The notes under the pieces are model-generated. The model saw nothing but the letters and a program-made list of their open reading frames with translations, had not been told where the DNA came from and made no database searches. A stretch of DNA of 63,448 bases, filler included, from Octopus bimaculoides (Eukaryota): the NCBI RefSeq assembly GCF_001194135.2. It is 10 parts of 9 records of this genome, joined end to end, with 100 filler letters (N's around TTAATTAATTAA, not from the genome) between each part and the next. Parts side by side here need not be neighbours in the genome. Positions count along the whole stretch, not along the records: positions 1 to 13,937 come from NC_068992.1; 9 more parts are not named here. One strand, given 5' to 3'. Within the stretch, counting starts at the first letter, position 1; each line of letters starts with the position of its first letter. The translations under genes and the position numbers were made by a program. Positions 1 to 11,880 of this stretch are shown here, piece after piece.

Positions 1-8
1 TATATATT

Positions 9-43
<35 letters not shown>

Positions 44-49
44 ATATGT

Positions 50-90
<41 letters not shown>

Positions 91-160
91 CGCGTGTGTA
101 TACACACACGTGTATATGTCTGTATACATGTATATATATCATCTATCTATACACACACAT
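1..160. repeat. (TA)n/(TG)n compound microsatellite
   Basis: Directly visible dinucleotide runs; ORFs 46..249 and 54..344 are translations of them. Confidence 0.95.
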
Positions 161-684
161 GTATTATTTCTGCTTATATTTTCAGCAAGTCTCCACTGTG
201 CTTTATACTATTCATGAAGAGAAATATTTTGACTCTGAGCATTATTTAATGACGGATGGGATCCGATCCTTTGTTAGAAATCCACGCCTCGAATACAAAC
301 GTATGGGAATGTATTCTGTTACTCTCGCGTACGAACTCTTGTAATTCATATTCTTATAAGATTTCTAACATTTAAATTCACAATAGTTCACTTGATAAAT
401 TCTGTTATGCATAAAACATTGTTTAATAAACGATGACTCGCTAAAGCGTAAGTATGCAGCTTAAACTATCATCCACAATAATAGCTGAATTCGTGACTGC
501 TTTATATGGGAACTGAACACACTATGCTGTTGATAGAAGGATATAGGTATCTCGTTCGTGAGTGGCGGCAGACAAAAAACATGGGCATAGAATACATGGA
601 GATACTACGTTTATATTCTTATGGTTTATAATCACAGCTAAGTTCATTATTTACATTATTTACATTTGACGGATCATTATGCAC

Positions 685-952
685 CGAGTTAAATTCTGCC
701 GAGGTCGACTTCCCTTCCATCATTTCGGGATCGATAAAATAAGCACCAGCTGACCACTAGAGTTGATGTAAACGGCTTCTCCTCTCAATCCGAACTTGTT
801 GGCCTTGGACCAAAATTTATAACCTATATTACATATGTTTAGGCAGCAAACCGGCAAAATCATTAGTACGTTTGACAAAATGCTTTACGACATTTCTCCT
901 GGCTCTCCATGTTCCTAATTCAAATACCACCGAGGTTGACTTTGCCTTTCAT
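685..952 (+). mobile_element. Two partial copies of tRNA-headed SINE family A (core gaggtcgactttgcctttcatcctttcggggtcgataaaataagtaccag)
   Basis: 685-818 reads gagttaaattctgccgaggtcgacttcccttccatcatttcgggatcgataaaataagcaccag; 842-952 has the head plus ttcaaataccaccgaggttgactttgcctttcattc. The same core recurs many times in the window. Confidence 0.8.
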
Positions 953-1039
953 TCAACAGAATGATTCAACAGAAATGATTCATCAGAAATATGCACATTT
1001 TTGATATTATGACACTGTATTTTCCCTACATATATTTCA

Positions 1040-2485
1040 CAAAATAATTTATGAGCTAAATGAATTCTTTGATCCCCAGAACATAACTGCAGAGACACAT
1101 CCCAAAATTAATGATATGGTGGAAGATGATATACTTACAGATAATGACCTAGATTCAAACTCAGCATCTGGACCAGATAGTCTCCCAGCCATACTACTAA
1201 AAACATGCAAAATCAGACTCGAAAAACTATTAAAGGTACACTTTCAAAAGTCGCTAGATACAGGTGAATTTTCAGAACTACTGAAAAACACAATAGTAAC
1301 ACCTATACACAAAGGAAGGTAGTGGATCTGAAGCTAAAAATTAGAGACCTGTTTCTCTCGCATCTCACATATCGAAAATTATCAAACGCATTGTGCGAAA
1401 GAGAATTATCACATACCTTGAGGAAAACAACCTGGTAGATGATATACAGTATGGTGTTCGGACTGAACGAATTTGCCTTTCACAACTATTACAGCGCCAT
1501 AACACTATTATTGTTAATAATCTCTTGAGGGGAAAGGACACTGACTGCATATACATTGATTTTGTTGAGACATTCGAGAAGATTGTTCGTGGAATCATCT
1601 GTCATAAGTTAAGGGATCTTGGTATCACAGGAGAACTCAGAAAATTGTTCTTTGACTTTCTAAATGGTAGGAGCCAATCTGTGGTCGGAAATGGTTTTCT
1701 CTCTGCAAAGTCAGCTGTAATAAGTGGTATGCCTCAGGTAAAGATCTATAGGAATATTATGATTTATCATTATCCTATCACAAGTGCACTTAACCAAAAT
1801 AATGAGTTACGCCGGTGATGCAAAAATATCAATGGCTATCCAAACACCAGAAGGTACTGACCCTCTCTAGAATGAGTTATACCTCATTTATTAATGGATG
1901 GTTTAAAACAATATGAAATTTAATACATCGAAACTTCAGATTTTGTTACAGAGGTAATATACACAAATCACAATATTTGACGCCAGAATGATTCAAAGAG
2001 CTAATGACATACAAGACTAAGAAGTAATCATGTCGAATGGTGTATATTGCATTAGCAACATCTCCAAACTGACCTGTAAATGCCGACGTCTCATAGGATT
2101 GATTCTACAAGCCTTCTTTATTGAAAGATCTGAGTTCTGCGCAGGTTAGATTACCGCTCACAACTTTGCCCTCCTAACTAATCCGGTCTCATATAAGAGC
2201 TTTCACCAGTAAAATACGTTTAGTTAAAAGCCTTTGGTTAAAAGGAAAAATATCTTCTGTTAAAAGGAATATTTGAAAATGTTGTGTCTCTAATATCCTG
2301 CATGCGGAAGAGAGACAGAGATATATACTATCCAATACCTATGGAAAATCCTGTTCTAAACTTCAGCATTAGAGAGCATTTTAATACACGAACTGTTAGT
2401 TAGATATTGTCAGCTTCCAAATATACCACCTTCAAAATCACATTCGATATTAAGAGGTCCTCAACTGTGCAACTGCCCGCCTAAA
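1040..2485 (+). mobile_element. Decayed CR1/L2-group non-LTR retrotransposon, RT region to C-terminus
   Basis: ORFs 1116..1322 (SASGPDSLPAILLK...IVTPIHKG) and 1393..1818 (QYG, CIYIDF, KLRDLGITG, FLNGRSQSV, SGMPQ) match non-LTR RT motifs; downstream IRGPQL-like C-terminal motif near 2450; frameshifts and stops. Confidence 0.85.
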
Positions 2486-2867
2486 GTTGTTGTTGTTGGC
2501 ACTCCGTCGCTTACGACTACGCGCGTTCCAGTTGATCCGATCAACGGAACAGCCTGGTCATGAAATTAACGTGCAAGTGGCTGAGCACTCCACAGACATG
2601 TGTACCCTTAACGTAGTTCTCGGGGATATTCAGCGTGATACAGTGTGACAAGGCTGACCCTTTGATTAAAGGCGCAAAAGAAACAGGGTAAGAGAAAGTT
2701 GTGATGAAAGAGTACAGCAGGGTTCGCCACCATCCCCTGCCGGAGCCTCGTGGAGCTTTAGGTGTTTTCGCTCAATAACCACTCACAACGCCTGGTCTGG
2801 GAATCGAAACCGCGATCCTATGACCGCGAGTCCTCTGCCCTAACCACTGGGCTATTGCGCCTCCACA
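2486..2867 (-). mobile_element. tRNA-headed SINE family C, full-length copy
   Basis: Minus strand starts GTGGAGGCGCAATAGCCCAGTGGTTAGGGCA...GGTTTCGATTCCCAGAC (A/B boxes) and ends in (CAA)n; closely similar copy at 20192-20576. Confidence 0.9.
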
Positions 2868-3003
2868 TAAAAGGAACTTCTAATGAGACATAAAACAAAA
2901 GAAAAAAAATACATTGGCTAAACTCTGAACAATATTACTGGACTAGTATAAATCACGTGCAAAAAAACCTTTATTGTACCAGCTTGATATTGGGGGGGGG
3001 GGG

Positions 3004-3290
3004 TGATGCACTTACGATTGTGAGATCGTGGTTTCGATTCCTGGACCGGGCTACGCGTTGTGTTCTTGAGCAAAACACTTCATTATAAATTGCCCAAGTC
3101 AACTCAACTGTAAAATGGGTCACCCTGCGACGGATTAGCCTTCAGATGTGAGGAGTAACTTTGGCCTTCTCGCCTAGGCAGCCGAGAAGTGACATTCGAA
3201 AGCGGAAACAATGCGAAGTGCATTGTGACCAGCAATGTATAACAAAATCCGATAGTCTGGTCAATAACCCTGATACCGTGATAAACATAG
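3004..3290 (+). mobile_element. tRNA-headed SINE family D with CORE-like segment
   Basis: B-box ggtttcgattcc near 3030, then gttgtgttcttgagcaaaacactt...caactgtaaaatgggt resembling the CORE-SINE domain; single copy here. Confidence 0.6.
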
Positions 3291-3789
3291 ATGTAGTAAA
3301 TGTGAGAGAAGAAGAGAGAGAGAGGGAGGAGGGAGGGACAGAATGCAAAAGATGATTACGCATGATTATGTGTGTTTGCGGGTATGTGTATGTACGTTTT
3401 GTTGTGTACGTCTGCGTGTTTCATGTCTACATACATATTTATTTGTAACCTTTAAATGACAGGAAACAAAATATATAAAGTGACGGAGAAGGAAAGAAAA
3501 TTGTTATAGAATTTATTATTAATGGATTGGTAATGTCTTTGGAATCGGTCCCAGCGTGGTGTTGTTATTTATTTTTAAATGTTTTGCCGGAATGGAAATG
3601 GAAACTTAGTTGGCTCCTGCGGGATTTGAACCTTGAAGGGAAGACAGATGAACACAAATACTACATTAGCATTTAGCATGCAATTATTCTCTTTTCAGAC
3701 TCTCATTCGATTTGATAGATTAATAAGCACAAAATGTTTATAACTTTGCAACAATAATACTGGAATCGATAATACTTCTTACAAATTTT

Positions 3790-5604
3790 CGCACGAGACC
3801 AGCAAATGTTTTTGAGGGGGTGGGTAATCAGTTACATCTTCCCCAGCGTTCAATTTGTACGTTTTCTTTTTTATCGACCCCGAAAGAACGAAAGACAAAG
3901 ACGTTTCACACAGCATTAGAACTCGGATTTTAATGAATCGGAAGAAAATTTGAGGGGCATTTTTCTACGGCGCCCAAACGATTCTGCCATGATCGACGCC
4001 TTATTGGAATTACCCATAATGGTTTCAAATTTTTACACAATGCCAATAATACTGGAGGAGGGGGAAATCGATTACTTCGATTCCCGTGACAAGCTGGTTC
4101 TTATTTTATCGACCCTAGTTATCAACTGGTTTTCATTTTACCGACTCCAGTGACCAAGCGATTCTTATTTTATGTACCCTAAAGGGATGAAAGGCAAAGT
4201 CGACCTCGGCGGAAGTTGAACTCAGAACGTAAAGACAGACAAAATGACGCTAAGCATTTTGCCAGGCATGTTTACGATTCAGCCAACACGCCACATTTTT
4301 GGAATTAGTAATAATTATAATTGTTTCAGATTTTAGTACAAATCACGCAGTTTTAGGAGAATGATATTAGTTGATGCCGACAACCTTGTACTTGAACGGT
4401 ACTTTACTTTATTGACCCCGGGAGAGTAAAGGGCAAACTTGTGTACAGCGGAAATCGAATTCGACGCAAATATCACTAAGCATTTGTCCGACGCGCAGAT
4501 GATTTTGCGAGCGCGACAACTTTCATGGTTACTGATTTGGACACAAGACCAAGATTTGGGAAAGAAGGGGACTTCATGAATTCCATTTACCTTCAGTATT
4601 TAACTGGCACTTTATTTTATCGATCCCGGATGGAGGAAAGGCGAAAATTGACCTTTGCGCGATTTGAATTCACAACGTAATCTGCCGGGAAAAATATTTC
4701 GAATCATTCTTACCAACGCTTTAGTCATTCTACCAATACACCGGACGAATTTTATTGACCCCCCTCCCCGAGAGGTGAACAGGGATGTTTACTTTCGTTG
4801 GATTTCAACTCAGAACATAAAGAATCGGAAAAGTGGGGTGGTAGGTCGTTTACATCCGTATATGTATATTTTAAAAAAAAATTGTAAATAGAAAATAACA
4901 CAATACAAGAGATGTGGAAAAGACATTTAGAAAACGCTTCTTAGCAGAAGAGAACTGCATAGAATGAGTGCAGGCACCTCACATATCCTCGGAAACTCTA
5001 GTTACCAAAGGCAACATTCGAACTCTGTTAAAACATTCGAACTCTGTTAAAACAGACGAAACGCCGCTAGGCATTTTGTTTGATAAGCTAAAGATTCTGC
5101 CAGCACGACGCCTTAATAATAATGATTTCAAGTTTTGCCACAAGGGCAGCATTTCAGGGAGAGGACGAGTCAATTATGTTGACACCAGTGTTCAGCTGGT
5201 ACTTGATTAATCGGCCCCGAAAGAATGAAAAGCAAAGTCTTCCTCGGCAGAAATTATACTATGAACGGGCGAAATACCGCTAGGCTTGCCGCATTAATAA
5301 TAATGATAATCCTTTCGATTATAGGCACAAAGCCTGAAATTATGTGAAAGGTGGCTAGTCGATTACATTAACCCCAGTACTCAAAAAGTACTTACTTTAT
5401 CGACCTCGAAAGGGATTAAGTCGATTACATCGACCCCAGTGCGTAACTGGTACTTAATCTATCGATCCCGAAAGGATGAAAGGTAAAGTCGACCTCGGCG
5501 GAAGTTGAATTCAGAACGTAGCGACGGACGAAATACCGCTAAACATTTCGACCGGCGTGCTAACGTTTCTGCCAGCTCGCCACAACAACAACAACAACAA
5601 CAAC

Positions 5605-5638
<34 letters not shown>

Positions 5639-6007
5639 GTTTTAGATTTTGCTATAAGGTCAGCAATTTTAGGCGAAGGGGTAGATCTATTACTTCGACT
5701 CTATTGTTCTATTGGTACTTATTTTATCGATCCTGAAAGAATGGAAAAAGCACAGTCGACTCCGGTAGAATTTGAACTCAGAACTTAAAAACAGACGAAT
5801 TGCCGCTAAATATTTTGCCTGGCGCGGTAACGATTCTGCCAGCCCGCCTTGTTGTTGTCGATGATGATGATGATGATGATGCTGAAGTGTGCATTTAACG
5901 TCCGATAGTGCATCGATTCCTTCAATCCAGCAGTCAATGAATGTATGAGAATAAAAAGACGTTAGGCTGGCGGAGGTGGTTGGATAAGAGGGGGGGAGGA
6001 GCAGGTA

Positions 6008-6045
<38 letters not shown>

Positions 6046-6530
6046 AGTGACGAGGAGAACTTAGATGGAAGAAATAAAGGAAGTCAGTCGAGAAAAAAGC
6101 TTACAAAAAAAAATGCAGGTTAAAAGAAAAGAAAAATGAAAAAAATTAAGGAAAGTGTCGAAGGGGTGGATCGCGGGTGTCGGATGATAATTAGAGAAAT
6201 CATACTAGCCATGCACTGTGTGTGTCTATGCATACCTACACACACACACACACACATATGCGGTGTCCCAGTATGAAGGCGGTACCCCAGCATGGCCACA
6301 GTCTAATCTTTTCTACACTAGGCACAAGGGCCAAAATTTTTTGGAAGGCGGCCAATCGATTTGATCGACCCAAGTACGCAACTGGTTCTTAATTTATCGA
6401 CCCCGAAAGGATGATAGGCCAAGTCGACCTGGGCGGAATTTGAACTCAGAACCTAAAGAAAGACAGACGAAATGCCGCTAAGCATTTCGCCCGGCGTGTT
6501 AACGTTTCTGCCAGCTCGCCGCCCTATGCC
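3790..6530 (-). mobile_element. Cluster of about 9 same-orientation SINE family A copies
   Basis: Motif tcgaccccgaaaggatgaaaggcaaagtcgacctcggcggaa recurs at about 3790-3990, 4050-4293, 4325-4520, 4535-4740, 4750-4830, 5135-5290, 5328-5582, 5645-5850 and 6270-6525, often separated by (AAT)n/(AAC)n tails. Confidence 0.85.
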
Positions 6531-6559
6531 CACAGGCTAATGAATGAAATGAAGTAAAA

Positions 6560-6571
6560 GATTATACATAC

Positions 6572-6650
<79 letters not shown>

Positions 6651-6810
6651 CTTTTATACGGGTTATAGAATTACATATAATTACGAATACACACACACTC
6701 ACACATACACACAAGCATATGTATATCTATCACACCCAAACATACACACACACACACACATACACACGCGTGCGCGTGCGCGCACACACGCACACAAACG
6801 CACATGTATG
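6560..6810. repeat. (TG)n/(TA)n/(CA)n compound microsatellite
   Basis: Directly visible. Confidence 0.95.
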
Positions 6811-7024
6811 AAAACGATCGAGCAACAGCTGAAAGCAAAGGAAAGAATGATGGAAAATAAAAACGGACGAATACGGAAGGTAAGCTTTGAGGAGGAAACG
6901 TTTCCAGCATCATTCCTAAGTTTATACCGTCATGGCTTGAGAGTATCAGAAATTGGCGGGGCAGGACTACGAAGCCACTTGGAAGCAGTTAAATGCTCTC
7001 TCACTCTCACACACATATATACAC

Positions 7025-7430
7025 ATATTGTTTCAGTCATTTGTTTGCGGCCATGCTGGGGCACCGCCTTGAAGGAGTTTTAGTTGAATGAATCGATCCC
7101 AATACTTATTTTTTTTCTTAAAGCCTGATACTTATTATTCCATTGATTTCTTTTCCCGAACCGCTACGTTACAAGGACGTAAACACACCAACAGTGGGTG
7201 TCAAGTGGCGGTGGCGGGGGGGGGGAGAATGGAACAAATTCAGATACACACACACACACACACATATACGAGGGGCTCCATTCAGTTTCTGTCTACCAAA
7301 TCCACACTCGAGACTTTAATCGGCCCAGGGCTATAGTAGAAGTCATTTGCCCAAGATGCCACGCAGTGGGACTGAACCCGAAACCATGTGGTTTGGAAGG
7401 AGGTCTCTCACAACACAGCTATACAGCTAT
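7025..7430 (-). mobile_element. CORE-type SINE family B, near full length
   Basis: Reverse complement has ggttcagtcccactgcgtggcatcttgggcaaatgacttctactatagcc (B box plus CORE-like motif), an internal (TG)n and tail ggcggtgccccagcatggccgca...tgactgaaac. Confidence 0.85.
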
Positions 7431-7890
7431 GTATGTGTGTGCGAGTGTATCAGCATATANNNNNNNNNNGATGCGCTGGTCATTCTATAGGACGGATGCA
7501 AGTGCCTAGGATTTTGTGGTATTGTGTTTGGGAAATTAATGACCAGCCTAGTATGTGAGACTGGACGAGAAACTCTTGGTCAGTAAGTCGACCATGTAGG
7601 AATTTCATTTAGTAACGAAACATAAATAAAAGTTTATGAAATTCGATACACTTTAATGAGTCCTGTTGCATTCGTAGAAATATAAATGAACACCACATGC
7701 ACACCCACAGAGACACGCACACACACAATCATACACCTATATGAAGGTCGATCGATCGATCGATAGATAAATATCTTTCAGTATTTATTTGTGTCCGATT
7801 GGTTTTTATGAACAGAAAAAAAAGTTTATACATACATCTGTATGGAGATGCTTACAGAAATGACACAAATACATGTACAAAAGGTTTGTG

Positions 7891-7923
<33 letters not shown>

Positions 7924-7934
7924 GTGTGTGTGTG

Positions 7935-8375
7935 TTATAGCCCAGGAGTGGCTGTGTGGTAAGAAGTTTGTTTCTGAACCATATGGTTCCGCGTTCAATT
8001 CCACAACATGGCACCAACTGCCTTCTACAGTAGCTTCGGGTGGACCAAGTCCTTGCGATTCGATTTAGTAGACAAAAACTTAAAGAAACCCATCGTGTAC
8101 GTGTGTATATATATGTGTGCGTGTGTGCGTACATGAGCGTATGTGTATCTTTCTCTCTGTATTCCCAACCACCACTTCACAACGGATGTTGGTATATTTA
8201 CGTCCCCGTAAATCGACGGTTCGGCAAAAGTTTCCTATAGAATAAGTACCAGGCTTTAAAAAAAAAAGGAAAAAAATGACCTTACAATTGGCTCGATTCA
8301 TTTGATTAAAATTATTTAAGGCAGTGCCCCAGCATGGCCGCGGTCTAATGACAGAAACAAGTCGACCATAAAGAA
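7935..8375 (+). mobile_element. CORE-type SINE family B, near full length
   Basis: ggtaagaagtttgtttctgaaccatatggttcc...gtagacaaaaacttaaagaaaccc...(TG)n...aaggcagtgccccagcatggccgcggtctaatgacagaaacaag. Confidence 0.85.
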
Positions 8376-8760
8376 AAATATGATATATATGAGCGTGCGC
8401 ATGTCTATGTGTGTGTGTGTGCGCGCGCGTTATATACACAAGAATACATATCGGAAGCTTCGAAAGACAAACAGAAATATAGAACGAAGCGGAACTCCAT
8501 AGTTAGGAAAATGTGCCTTTATTTCAGTGTGTTTGTACGTATCTATGAATGTATGTATGTGCACGTATATTGAGAAAGATTCCATCAAAATATTAATGGG
8601 TATATATATGTGTGTGTGTGTAAACACCTACGGCTGTAGAGGTCTGTTTTCTAAGTTGCTAAACCACGTTCCTTATGAACACGTAACACAATGATATATG
8701 TATTTAGCTGTCTGCCTCCCATCTATGACATACACACTCTCTCATTCTATCCCCACCTTC

Positions 8761-8761
<1 letters not shown>

Positions 8762-8832
<71 letters not shown>
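8762..8832. repeat. (TATC)n tetranucleotide microsatellite
   Basis: Directly visible; complementary (TAGA)n run at about 10067-10102. Confidence 0.95.
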
Positions 8833-8834
<2 letters not shown>

Positions 8835-8836
<2 letters not shown>

Positions 8837-9155
8837 TCTGAGTGTGGGTGGGATAACAAGTTTGCTTCTCAAACACTTAATTCCGGTGTTCGGTCCTACT
8901 ACGTGGAAATTTGGGAGAGTGTTTACTATAACACTGGCCGATTAGGCTGACAGAAACTAAAAGAAACTCGTAGTGTGTGTGTGTGTGTGTATACACATAT
9001 GTATGTATATGTGTATATGTGTGTGTGTGTGTTTATTTATATGTGTGTGCGCGCGAGTGTTTTTGTGTTTGATTGTTTGTCTCCGCTTAGCGGTTTCTTT
9101 TTCAGTGCCCCAGCATGGTCGCAGTTCATTGATTGAAACAAGCAAAATATAAAAA
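8835..9155 (+). mobile_element. Fragments of SINE family B (head 8835-8975, tail 9100-9155)
   Basis: ggataacaagtttgcttctcaaacac...gacagaaactaaaagaaactcgt and cagtgccccagcatggtcgcagttcattgattgaaacaag. Further tail fragments at about 10975-11045 and 16278-16330. Confidence 0.65.
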
Positions 9156-9187
9156 TATCTGTGTGTATATATAGATGTACATATAAC

Positions 9188-9248
<61 letters not shown>

Positions 9249-9839
9249 NNNNNNNNNNNNNNNNNNNNNNNNNNNNNNNNNNNNNNNNNNNNNNNNNNNN
9301 NNNNNNNNNNNNNNNNNNNNNNNNNNNNNNNNNNNNNNNNNNNNNNNNNNNNNNNNNNNNNNNNNNNNNNNNNNNNNNNNNNNNNNNNNNNNNNNNNNNN
9401 NNNNNNNNNNNNNNNNNNNNNNNNNNNNNNNNNNNNNNNNNNNNNNNNNNNNNNNNNNNNNNNNNNNNNNNNNNNNNNTATATAAATGGTTGGATGTGCA
9501 TGTATATGTATATATATGTACTCAAAGGCATAGAGGGCTGCAGAGAGATTTGAGACAGACGAGCTTTGCAACAGATGTGAAACAAAGGGAGACAGACTCA
9601 TACGTGTACGTCCGTGTGTTTGTGCTGTTGTGCTTGTATTCGAATACAGAATGTCAGACAGATTGTGAGATAGACAAACCTAGTCCAACGCACAGAGACA
9701 CGCGCACAAACAAGAGAATGTATATAATATATATATGTACATATACGTACGTATATATATATGCATGTATGTATGTATAACAATATGCCTACCTTCCAAA
9801 CATATATGTATGTATGGATTGGTAGGTTATCCGAAAGAT

Positions 9840-10065
9840 ACTTAAGAAATAGAATGAACAATAGAGTAAGAAAGAAGGGAAGAAAGAATAGGAAACGGAA
9901 AGAAAGATTGTTAGAAAGTGAGAAAGAGGGAGAGAAAGACAGAGTTGAAAGACAGAGGGAGAGAGAGAGAGATAGGGAGAAAGTGATGAGATGGTGTAAG
10001 ACAGTGAAACCGAAAGAGATCTTGATTAAGAGAAAGAGAAATACAGAACGAAAGGAAGATGTGTG

Positions 10066-10101
<36 letters not shown>

Positions 10102-10372
10102 GATGGAGAGAGACGGGAGCGTATGATGTGGCAAAGTCGAAACTACATGTCGATCGAATATGTGTGAGGGCATAGAATAGGATGGAGAGTGTGAGAAGAG
10201 TGGAGGTTCGAAGGAATGAGAAACCACGCGAAAATGCACGAAGTAAAACCAAACGTGACAAACAGCTAGCTAGATAGATAGAAAGTCGATACAAAGATCA
10301 ATTTATCAATATATGTATATTTATACATGTAGGAGTCTTTATATGTGTGTACATGTGTGTGCGTGTGTGTGT

Positions 10373-10418
<46 letters not shown>

Positions 10419-10879
10419 NNNNNNNNNNNNNNNNNNNNNNNNNNNNNNNNNNNNNNNNNNNNNNNNNNNNNNNNNNNNNNNNNNNNNNNNNNNNNNNNNN
10501 NNNNNNNNNNNNNNNNNNNNNNNNNNNNNNNNNNNNNNNNNNNNNNNNNNNNNNNNNNNNNNNNNNNNNNNNNNNNNNNNNNNNNNNNNNNNNNNNNNNN
10601 NNNNNNNNNNNNNNNNNNNNNNNNNNNNNNNNNNNNNNNNNNNNNNNNNNNNNNNNNNNNNNNNNNNNNNNNNNNNNNNNNNNNNNNNNNNNNNNNNNNN
10701 NNNNNNNNNNNNNNNNNNNNNNNNNNNNNNNNNNNNNNNNNNNNNNNNNNNNNNNNNNNNNNNNNNNNNNNNNNNNNNNNNNNNNNNNNNNNNNNNNNNN
10801 NNNNNNNNNNNNNNNNNNNNNNNNNNNNNNNNNNNNNNNNNNNNNNNNNNNNNNNNNNNNNNNNNNNNNNNNNNNNNNN

Positions 10880-10913
<34 letters not shown>

Positions 10914-11572
10914 GACAAACACACACATAGAGGTATGCATGTATGCACGTATGTATGTTTGTATATATATATATATATTGCTCGACTAAAGGCGGTGCTC
11001 CAGCATGGCCGCAGTCAAATGACTGTAACAAGTAAAAGATTAGAAGAGTATATATCTGTATGCGTCTATGTATGTGTGTATGTGTGTATGTATGTATATA
11101 CGTATGCAAGTGTGTGTAAAAATGCAGACTGATTGTTGAACTGATATAGAACAAAACGCAAAATTTTTAAAATTTGAAATATTTTGAAGAATTAAAAAAG
11201 AAAACAAGAAAAAAGAAGAAAAAAAAACAATTAATCTTAATGATAATTAATAAAAGAGGGGAAGAGTAACAGATGTAGTAGAGAACGAGATGAGAGTGTG
11301 ACAGACGAAGTGAATGAAAAGGTGTCAAAGTTTATGATAGAGAGAGCGAATGAGTTGAAACGAAGAAAGAGAAAGACGGAGATACAATGTAATTTGAATG
11401 AAAGAGAGGGAGGGTGTGAGAGGGAAGACTGTAAGAGAGAAATACAGGGGTAGGTGAAGGAGAGAAGGAGTAATAAAATGTGAGAGAGGGGGTGAGTAGT
11501 GTCTAAGGGACATAGTGTTAGGTGGGTGGTAGGGAGAGGCGAAAACATGTATATGTTGGGAAAGTGTATAAT

Positions 11573-11608
<36 letters not shown>

Positions 11609-11880
11609 AAGATAGAGAGATAGTGAAAGTAGATAGAAAGAATGATTAGAAAGAAAGACTGAATAAATGAAGGTAAAGAGAAGTAATATAAATATGGAGA
11701 GATATAGAGAGAGTGAGAGAAGCAAATAATATACATGAGGGAGAAAGAGAGAGAGAGAGAGAGAAAGAGAGGGAATGTATGTGTAGGTAGACAAACAGAA
11801 GGAAAGAAGGATAGAAAGAAAGAGAGAAGATGGTAATGATGAAAGAATGAAAAAGAAGACAGTAAGCGACATATAAACAG
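9840..11880. repeat. GA-rich low-complexity tracts with (TA)n and N-gaps
   Basis: Purine-rich degenerate (GA)n/(GAAA)n at 9840-10260 and 11230-11880; ORFs here are compositional artefacts. Confidence 0.85.

Noticed and set aside
2790-2867. tRNA-like A/B-box sequences (also near 3030 and 20500-20576)
   Set aside because: They are SINE heads followed by SINE bodies; no complete cloverleaf with acceptor stem and terminator.
5013-5051. 19-nt tandem duplication aacattcgaactctgttaa
   Set aside because: Local slippage inside a decayed SINE copy.
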